Below are positions 57,264 to 64,000 of a stretch of DNA of 64,000 bases, piece by piece. Every line of letters begins with the position of its first letter. Position 1 is the first letter of the stretch. Both the position numbers and the translations under genes were made by a program. The notes under the pieces are model-generated. The model was given only the letters and a program-made list of their open reading frames with translations, was not told where the DNA came from and made no database searches. The stretch comes from Candidatus Omnitrophota bacterium (GTDB lineage: Bacteria > Omnitrophota > Gorgyraeia > Zapsychrales > Fredricksoniimonadaceae), in contig CAIUQE010000020.1 in assembly GCA_903901225.1 (NCBI GenBank), forward strand, positions 5,092 through 69,091. The letters run 5' to 3'.

Positions 57264-57491
57264 ATGTTAAAGCTACTGCCACTTTTAATGCTGATCATGA
57301 CCGCCGCGTGCGCGACCCTCTGGGTCGACAACGCGCGCGCTGAATCTGTCACATTCGATCTGAGCGTCGTGCTCCCGCCTCACGTGGTGACACCCGCGGC
57401 CGGCGTGGCCGTCGCCGCCCAGAGCATCCAGCAGCAGGCAGCGGTGCGCGACAATGCACCGGTATTGATCCAGTCTGTCGTTGTCCTCTAA
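57264..57491 (+). CDS. Small exported protein with a donor-strand-like N-terminus
   Basis: Signal peptide ending ARA; mature start ESVTFDLSVVLPP; convergent with and overlapping the usher-like gene by 4 nt. Confidence 0.65.
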   Translation: MLKLLPLLMLIMTAACATLWVDNARAESVTFDLSVVLPPHVVTPAAGVAVAAQSIQQQAAVRDNAPVLIQSVVVL

Positions 57492-60490
57492 GATCTCCCC
57501 TGGTTTTCCGAAGACGTTGCCGCCACTTTCCTTTTCACGGGTATGTGGAACGTATACGTCGTGCCTTCCGTGATATTGATCCCGTTGCGCAATTTGACGA
57601 GCGGGATCACATCCTGCGGCATGGTGACCATATCCAGCGTGATAACATGCGCGCCGGCGGGAACATTCTTGAAGAAATACGCCCCCTGGCCGCCGCTGAC
57701 CTGGGACAACTTGCCGTCCAGGATGACTTTGACCCGGCCGACGAACTCATCACCGGCATCAGGCGTATTGTTGCCGTTCTTGTCCACAAAGACCACACCG
57801 AAGATCCCCGACTCCATCCTCAACCCGAAATCAGCCCGCTGGCGCAAGCCCTGGCGCACATCAACCCGCGCCAGCGCGGGCGTTGAAAAGACAAATCCCG
57901 TCGGCAGGTTTTCCATCACAGGCGTCACGGCAACCCTTTTCGCGCGCACATCCATGTGATACCAGCCGTGGGCATCGGTGACGGTCTCATTATCGCCCAC
58001 CTTCACCTTCACATCGGGCACACCTTCATCGGAACGGTCATAGCGGCCATTGCCATCCTTGTCTTTGAACACGATGCCTTCGACCACCCCCGCCGGGTCC
58101 CAGCGCACGGGCGTGCCCCAGGCCGCGCGCATCCCCAGGCGCAGGTCCAGGTCATTGTACGACGGCGACCCCGTGACCTTGCCCCAGGCGTCGCGCGAAC
58201 GGCCGTCGAAGAAAAGGCTCACGTCGCTCGACTGATTGTAGGTGAGGCCGACCGAACCGTCAACGCTGTCTTCACCCGAAAGGAAACTGTTGCCGCCGCC
58301 GGCCCCTTCCTCCTTGCGGTAAGAGAGGCCGAAACTGCCGTTCAATTTAGCGGTCAGCTTCCTGTTCAACGTCAACCCCGTGGTCAGCACATTGGGCTGG
58401 TAGTCCATGCCGGAATACGGCTCATGCAGCCGGGAAATTTCATAATTCGCCGTCCAGGCAAGGTCCGGCGTCAACGGCAACTGGACCCCCGTCAGCACGC
58501 CCGCGCGGTCATAATCCGACGCCGACGCGACCTGGTAGCGGTTGCGCTGGCCTGAAACTCCCGCGTAGCCCGACCCGCGGCGGCCGTGCCATACCCCGAA
58601 AGACCGCGTCACGCGGGACATTCCGGACACATACTGCCGCGGTGAAATATCGCCGGGCGTATCCGTGTAATTGACATTCGTGTTGAGGCTGTAAGTTTCG
58701 TTGATCGGGACATTGACGCCCGCGCTCGTGTCATAATTGTACGCCTGCGGCCGGTCCGGATTGAAAATGACGCGATTGCGGTACGCCTCCACCGACGTGG
58801 TGATGCCCGCCTTGGGCAGGTCCGTGTCCGTGGTCCACACCGCGCCGATATCGCCCTGGTTGGACGCGCTGCTGGTCACCGTCGTAAAATCCTTGTTAAT
58901 GTCACGGAACTTCACGCCCGTCCTGAAAATGCCCCCGTCCCACTGCGCGCCGGCCAGCGAGGCCGTCGTGCGGTCATCGCGCGCCAGCTCCCCGTCAAGC
59001 GTGACCGCGGCAAGCTTCTGCGTGCCGCTGACGGAATAAACATCTTTCGTGAGCAAGGGGTCGCGGCCCGCGCCCGAAGCGGCGGCGTAATTGAACGCGT
59101 AATGTTTCTGGGGATCGCCGGGGAACAGCGTCACTCTCCCCGCGTCGATCTCGACATCCTTCATCGTGCCCGTGCCGAAAGAATAAAACCCGAACGTGGA
59201 TTCCTGCTGCCCGTGCACGGCGTAAAGCCCCACCTTGTTATCCAGGACATTGGCCCCGGCACTCACGCCCCGCAATGGCGAGCCCGGCAAGGTCAGCGGC
59301 GTCAGCGCCCCGTTCACGTCAAAGAGCCGTATATTGAAATTCGTGACGGCCGGGGCGGGAATGCCACTCAGCCCAACGGTATACGCGACGACGTTGACCA
59401 GCGGCTGCAGGCCGACCGTGCTGGCGGAGGCGTCAAAGAACCCGTACGGCGTTTCGCCTTCCATCCCGAAATTCTGCTGCGAGCTAAGGCTTTGCCGGCG
59501 CAGGTAGGTGGCCGTGTTCCCGCGATAATACGAACCCCAGTCGGTCGAATACCGCAGGCGGAAAGGCTCGGCATGTTCCACGGTTGCGGACTGTTTGAGA
59601 ACGCCACCCTCGGGCTGCGGCAGGACCACGTCGATGTAAACAGTATGCCGGGCCAGCGCTCCCGTCGACTCGTCCCAGATATGCAGGAAGGTGCCGCCCC
59701 AGCGCCGGGATTCGACCTGGAGCTGGTCGCGCGTCACTTTCCGGGCCAGGATCGCCGTTTCATCGAGCACCAGGAACCTCTGGATATTTTTTCCCTCAAT
59801 GATAACAGAGGTGCCGGTCTGCAGTTTGATCGACGCCCGGCCGCCCTGGCTGGCCGCCAGGATATCACTGAGCTCGATCACATCGGCAGAACCTGCTGTT
59901 TTTTTAGAAAGCGAAGGGACCGAAGGCAGGCGGGCCACCGGCGGACCCATGGCCACGCTTGCCGTAGGGGCTGCCTTAACCGGCGCGTTAACCGCGACCG
60001 GCCCTGCCCGCGGCTGGAACTTGTCCAATGCCGCGGTAACAGCGCCCTCCCGGTCAACGATCGGCGAAGCATCCTCCCTGGCCTGCTTCACCATTTGCAG
60101 GTACTTTAAAGGTTCTTCGGAGTCGCGGTCAAAAAGGTGCGCGGTATAAAAATGATCCGCCGCCGATTCATAATTCTTCCCGGCCAGCGCGGCCTTGCCC
60201 TTGCGCATGAGTTCCTCAAAATAAGGGGCAAAGGACTTGGGCGTAGCGGCAGCCTGCTGGCGCGCGTTCAACATGTCAATGTAACGTGATGGTTCTTCCG
60301 CGGAAGGGTCGAGCTGGTGCGCCCAGGACAGATAACGGGCAGCTTCTTCATCTTCATGCTGTCCAAAGGCTTTGATGCCTGCGTTAAGGTAATACTGATA
60401 AACGTGTGCTGGCTCGGCGGCAATCGCGGGGAATGCCCGGAGCGTTCCAAGGAGAATGCCAAGAACGCATATCACCCGTTTTTTCATCAT
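57488..60490 (-). CDS. Usher-like outer-membrane protein: TPR, pilus-formation N-domain, beta-barrel, two SdrD-B/CnaB-like domains
   Basis: Signal peptide; two TPR-like helical repeats; GGTFLHIWD module; long amphipathic strand region; VEGIVFKDKDGNG and IFGVVFVDKNGNN repeats. Confidence 0.75.
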   Translation of the reverse strand: MMKKRVICVLGILLGTLRAFPAIAAEPAHVYQYYLNAGIKAFGQHEDEEAARYLSWAHQLDPSAEEPSRYIDMLNARQQAAATPKSFAPYFEELMRKGKAALAGKNYESAADHFYTAHLFDRDSEEPLKYLQMVKQAREDASPIVDREGAVTAALDKFQPRAGPVAVNAPVKAAPTASVAMGPPVARLPSVPSLSKKTAGSADVIELSDILAASQGGRASIKLQTGTSVIIEGKNIQRFLVLDETAILARKVTRDQLQVESRRWGGTFLHIWDESTGALARHTVYIDVVLPQPEGGVLKQSATVEHAEPFRLRYSTDWGSYYRGNTATYLRRQSLSSQQNFGMEGETPYGFFDASASTVGLQPLVNVVAYTVGLSGIPAPAVTNFNIRLFDVNGALTPLTLPGSPLRGVSAGANVLDNKVGLYAVHGQQESTFGFYSFGTGTMKDVEIDAGRVTLFPGDPQKHYAFNYAAASGAGRDPLLTKDVYSVSGTQKLAAVTLDGELARDDRTTASLAGAQWDGGIFRTGVKFRDINKDFTTVTSSASNQGDIGAVWTTDTDLPKAGITTSVEAYRNRVIFNPDRPQAYNYDTSAGVNVPINETYSLNTNVNYTDTPGDISPRQYVSGMSRVTRSFGVWHGRRGSGYAGVSGQRNRYQVASASDYDRAGVLTGVQLPLTPDLAWTANYEISRLHEPYSGMDYQPNVLTTGLTLNRKLTAKLNGSFGLSYRKEEGAGGGNSFLSGEDSVDGSVGLTYNQSSDVSLFFDGRSRDAWGKVTGSPSYNDLDLRLGMRAAWGTPVRWDPAGVVEGIVFKDKDGNGRYDRSDEGVPDVKVKVGDNETVTDAHGWYHMDVRAKRVAVTPVMENLPTGFVFSTPALARVDVRQGLRQRADFGLRMESGIFGVVFVDKNGNNTPDAGDEFVGRVKVILDGKLSQVSGGQGAYFFKNVPAGAHVITLDMVTMPQDVIPLVKLRNGINITEGTTYTFHIPVKRKVAATSSENQGRS

Positions 60491-60525
60491 AAATATCTAC
60501 ACTCAAGGAAACCGCGCCGGAACCT

Positions 60526-61326
60526 TCAATCCTTGACGGCCGTGATCACGGCCCCCGCGGCGCTGTTCGTGAACTCTATTTCCTTGACGATGACATCACC
60601 CTCCTCAAGATCGGCGTTCAGGACCAGGGAATACCTGCCATCCTTGAGCTCTTTGGGCAAATTCAGCGTGAATGGCGCCGACGCCCCGGGCGGAAGGTAC
60701 AATTTCTGCACTTCGCCGCGATCGACCGCCATGCCCGCCTCATCCATCACGTAAAATGTGATGTGCGGGATCATGACCGCGTCGCCGCGATCGACAAAAT
60801 TCCCGGAAAGCTTGCCGCCTTCGATCTTGAAGTCCGTCAACGCCGCGCTCTTGTCCTTATCCCTGGCTTCGATGAAGAACAAGGTGCCGGTGCGCGTCAC
60901 AATGGTCACGCCCGTCCTCATGTCCCTCACCGGCTCGCCGGACTTCTCAAAGAACAAGGCGCCGTAATGCCCGCCCTTGATATCCGCGGGCACACTCACA
61001 GTATACTCGATCTTCTGCTTGCTGAAAGCGGGTAATTTGAATTCCTGCGGCGCGTAACTGACCCAGGCGCTCGCGGAACCGGGGACCGTCCCGGCGGGAA
61101 GGAACGCTTTGGAGCCGTCGTAGGGCGCCTCGTAGCGGAAATCCTCCCAGTAGACCTTGACCCCCACATCCGCGCCCGTGGTGTTATGGATCGTGATGCT
61201 TTTGTTGACGCGCTCACCGCCGGCCACAGGCAGGACGACCTTGCCTTCCTCGATCATGAACTGGGCCGCGGCGGGCCTGACGCCAAGGCACAGCAGGAAC
61301 AAAGCAACAGCGATATTTTTCAGCAT
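60526..61326 (-). CDS. Periplasmic pilus chaperone-like protein (PapD-like / DUF916-like, two Ig domains)
   Basis: Signal peptide; ITIHN, SASAWVSYAPQEFKLP, YTVSVP...GGHYGALFFE; second domain with GDAV, YLPPG, GRYSL. Confidence 0.75.
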   Translation of the reverse strand: MLKNIAVALFLLCLGVRPAAAQFMIEEGKVVLPVAGGERVNKSITIHNTTGADVGVKVYWEDFRYEAPYDGSKAFLPAGTVPGSASAWVSYAPQEFKLPAFSKQKIEYTVSVPADIKGGHYGALFFEKSGEPVRDMRTGVTIVTRTGTLFFIEARDKDKSAALTDFKIEGGKLSGNFVDRGDAVMIPHITFYVMDEAGMAVDRGEVQKLYLPPGASAPFTLNLPKELKDGRYSLVLNADLEEGDVIVKEIEFTNSAAGAVITAVKD

Positions 61327-61351
61327 ACCCGTCCTTGTGTGTTACAGAGGC

Positions 61352-61948
61352 TCATTGCACCGTCGATGTCACGGTCAGCGTTCCCGTGTAAGCCCCGGGC
61401 GTGTCCGCGTTCGTGAACGGCTCGGCGCCCGCCACGACCGGGAACCCCCGGTAGATCCCCAGCGCGATATCGAGCGAATCACCGCCCAGCTCGGCCGGCG
61501 TCACCGTCACAAGGCCGATGTCCTTGAGCGCCTGCGACGGGTGGGATGCCATCAGGTTTTGCTGGCCCGTGGCCGTCAGGCGCGTGAACGTCAGCACGAC
61601 CTTCGCCCCCAGCGCGTGATTCTGGTTCCCGTTGGGGTTGGCGCCTTCCTTGTAAGACACCGTGACGTTGGGGCTCACCCCCTGGACCGCGGCCACCGTG
61701 ATATAAAAATACGAGGGCGCGTACCAGACCTGGTTCTGCCCGTCATAGAGCAGCGTGCCGAAATCGAACAGCACGTCATTGAGGAGCTGCGCGCTGCCGC
61801 CGGTGACCTTGTAAGCGGACATCGTCGTGCCGCTCACGGTGGGGACAAAGGCCGTGGCCATGAACAACTGGCTGTCAGCCCTCGCCGCCACCGCCTGCAG
61901 GCAGAGCACTCCCGCGATCAGAACAAAACGAAAGAACGATCTCATCAT
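61352..61948 (-). CDS. Pilin-like exported subunit (Ig fold with terminal G-x-Y-x-G strand)
   Basis: Signal peptide; FDFGTL; C-terminal PGAYTGTLTVTST; paralog of 61958..62587. Confidence 0.75.
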   Translation of the reverse strand: MMRSFFRFVLIAGVLCLQAVAARADSQLFMATAFVPTVSGTTMSAYKVTGGSAQLLNDVLFDFGTLLYDGQNQVWYAPSYFYITVAAVQGVSPNVTVSYKEGANPNGNQNHALGAKVVLTFTRLTATGQQNLMASHPSQALKDIGLVTVTPAELGGDSLDIALGIYRGFPVVAGAEPFTNADTPGAYTGTLTVTSTVQ

Positions 61949-61957
61949 GCCTCAGCC

Positions 61958-62587
61958 TCAGGTCGCGGTCGCCGTGATGGTCACCTTGCCCGTATACGCC
62001 CCGGGCACATCCGCGTTCGTGAACCCTTCGGCGCCGGTCACCGCCGGGCTTCCCGTGTAAACACCCAGATAGACCCGGCACCAACCCCCGGTCAGCGTGG
62101 CCGAGGTGATGCTCGTGCCCGCGGCCAGCGTGGCCAGCGGCTTGTTCCAGATCAGCGATTCGGTCGGATTCTGCGCGACGCCGCCCACCGGGGCATTGAA
62201 TGTTTCTTTATTGGCCGACGCGACCACCTTGACGCCCAGGCTCTTCGTGGCCCCGGTCGGTTTATTCCCTTCCGTGTACGATATGGACACGGTCGGCGAA
62301 CCCGCGGCGAGGTTGGAAATGTCAACCGCGAAGAACTGGCTGCCCAGCCACATATTGACCGGCTTGGCCACGGTCCCGGGGGTCCATACGAGGTCCCCGA
62401 AATCCATGTTCAAATCCGGGAGCGTCGACGCGGACCACACACCTGCCGCCGTGATCGAATGCGCCACGATGCTCACGCCCGACGAGGGCGGGAGGTTGGT
62501 GCTCAGCGCGTAATCCACCGCGCCCGCCGTTCCCGCCTGGGCGAGGATAACTATACCTGTTAAAAGCAAGCTTAACATCCGTTTCAT
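61958..62587 (-). CDS. Pilin-like exported subunit (probable major subunit)
   Basis: AAGGAG RBS; signal peptide; MDFGDL; C-terminal PGAYTGKVTITAT. Confidence 0.75.
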   Translation of the reverse strand: MKRMLSLLLTGIVILAQAGTAGAVDYALSTNLPPSSGVSIVAHSITAAGVWSASTLPDLNMDFGDLVWTPGTVAKPVNMWLGSQFFAVDISNLAAGSPTVSISYTEGNKPTGATKSLGVKVVASANKETFNAPVGGVAQNPTESLIWNKPLATLAAGTSITSATLTGGWCRVYLGVYTGSPAVTGAEGFTNADVPGAYTGKVTITATAT

Positions 62588-62602
62588 GTCCTTCTCCTTT
62601 TT

Positions 62603-63970
62603 TTAATTCTGATTCACCGAAAACCTTATCGGAGCCGCGTAATTGCCTCCGCTCATTTGGGTATAACCCTGCAACCTGTAGACAACCTTGAACCGCGCCG
62701 GATCCCCCTGGCTGTCCGAAGAGAACACCGGATACTCGCCGACCTGCATCGGGGCGAATTCCGGGAACTTCGTATGGCCCCTGCCGCCGGGCGCGACCTG
62801 AACCTGGAACGTGAAATACTCCTTCTTCACCTCACTGCCTTTTTCATTCGCCAGCGCCGACGCCAGACCCTGCGTCACCTGGTAGGGCTTGCGCAGGTTG
62901 GTACGGACCGTCACCGTCACTTCCTTCTCCACCGGCGGGCTGATGGGCAGGACATTGGCAAAACTGACGCCTTCCGGCGGGAACGCCATATCCATCGCGA
63001 AAACCGGCGGCACCTCACATTCAAGGTCGATCGGGAATTCCTGGCGCGCGTCATCCGTTTCCACCGTGAACTTCATCTTCGCCGCATAAAGGCCGGCCGC
63101 CTGCAAAGGGCCTTTCACCGGGTCCATCATGAAATACACAAGAAAATCATCGGCCGGCTTTGGGGCTGAATAAATGAGCGTCTTCGCGCGCGCGATCGGC
63201 GAGGGGTCAACCACCCGTATCCCCTGGCCCGAACTGCCCGCGGCAAAGAACCTCACCGCGTCGGCGGCGATCTCCTGCGCGGCCGCGTCCTGCGGCAAAT
63301 TTTCAAACTCCTGGTAAACCCTGACCTCTTTGCCCATATTCCCTGAAAAAGAAACCTTCACGAAATCCGCGGTCTTGTCCGTCGTGTCAATGTCCTTGAT
63401 ATGCACGCGCCCCGCCAGTTTGCCGCCCGTGACCGAAGTTTTCCAATCCGCGGTGCTGTCGAGATAAACGTTCATCAGCACCTGGTCCTGGTTGCCGCCG
63501 CCGGCGGACCTGACCGTAAAAGCGAGCTTGCCCGAAAAATTCCCCGCCGCGTTCATAAGGTCGGGCCGGACCGCGTAAGCGATGGTGAACGCGTCACTCT
63601 CGCCGCCACGGCCTGACGTATACACCAGCTGGTCGCTGAACGTGAGGCCCTCGGCATTCTGCAAGTACAGGGTCCCCGCGCTGTTGGACCCGAGCGCCGC
63701 GGCCGTTTCAATGGCCTTGAGATCCAGCGTTTCGCCTTTTTCATTCACCACAGGCTCAACAACCCGTTGAAAGACCTGGTACTGGGTGCCGCCGTCCGAC
63801 GATACGCGGATGCGCAACTCCTTTTTATTGTCCAGACCGGAAACAACACGCCCCAAACGCAAGGCATTGCTGCCATCCACAGAATTGACAACCAGGTTCA
63901 AGGTCGCGGAAAAAGCCGACCCCTGGCCCAGAAAGAATAAAATGACCAAAAAAAACACTGATTTCATCAT
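62603..63970 (-). CDS. Exported protein with three tandem pilin-like Ig domains
   Basis: Signal peptide ending AFS; three domain-terminal strands AGNFSGKLAFTV, AGLYAAKMKFTV and GGNYAAPIRFSV. Confidence 0.72.
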   Translation of the reverse strand: MMKSVFFLVILFFLGQGSAFSATLNLVVNSVDGSNALRLGRVVSGLDNKKELRIRVSSDGGTQYQVFQRVVEPVVNEKGETLDLKAIETAAALGSNSAGTLYLQNAEGLTFSDQLVYTSGRGGESDAFTIAYAVRPDLMNAAGNFSGKLAFTVRSAGGGNQDQVLMNVYLDSTADWKTSVTGGKLAGRVHIKDIDTTDKTADFVKVSFSGNMGKEVRVYQEFENLPQDAAAQEIAADAVRFFAAGSSGQGIRVVDPSPIARAKTLIYSAPKPADDFLVYFMMDPVKGPLQAAGLYAAKMKFTVETDDARQEFPIDLECEVPPVFAMDMAFPPEGVSFANVLPISPPVEKEVTVTVRTNLRKPYQVTQGLASALANEKGSEVKKEYFTFQVQVAPGGRGHTKFPEFAPMQVGEYPVFSSDSQGDPARFKVVYRLQGYTQMSGGNYAAPIRFSVNQN

Positions 63971-64000
63971 ATTTCGCCGCATTGGATGTTGAAAATATAA

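Overview
A gene-dense, GC-rich bacterial chromosomal segment from a diderm organism. The protein families suggest Candidatus Omnitrophota (PVC group), which is an inference from recalled family resemblance and not a search result. From left to right: (1) a ~12.4 kb tailoring cluster, open at the left edge, with six radical SAM genes (one HxsB-like), two paralogous glycosyltransferases, a DegT aminotransferase, a polysaccharide deacetylase, an A24 prepilin-type peptidase and a possible ABBA-prenyltransferase-like protein; (2) housekeeping genes: pgi, mnmA, a birA-bioF-bioH-bioC-bioD/A operon with a visible BirA operator and no bioB, two tRNAs, rlmN, accA, an L,D-transpeptidase and comM; (3) a carbamoyltransferase/SxtJ/DUF5989 module, signalling genes, hisI and polyamine genes (pdaD, DHS-like, aguA, aguB); (4) a candidate orphan structured small RNA and a 978-aa secreted protein with an AT-richer middle that carries a putative His/Cys clan-CD protease domain; (5) tRNA-Arg, outer-membrane barrels, and a short Rho lacking its RNA-binding domain next to a cold-shock gene; (6) a hydrolase-HAD-aminotransferase-arginase operon behind a PmrA-like box and a two-component system; (7) a toxin-antitoxin pair and a LamG gene remnant between REP-like palindromes; (8) an atypical chaperone-usher-like pilus locus running to the right edge. 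The strongest candidates for undescribed systems are the HxsB/multi-radical-SAM/prepilin-peptidase cluster, the pilus locus with its donor-strand-like micro-protein, and the cassette-type protease protein. All calls come from reading motifs by eye; no database searches or computations were run.
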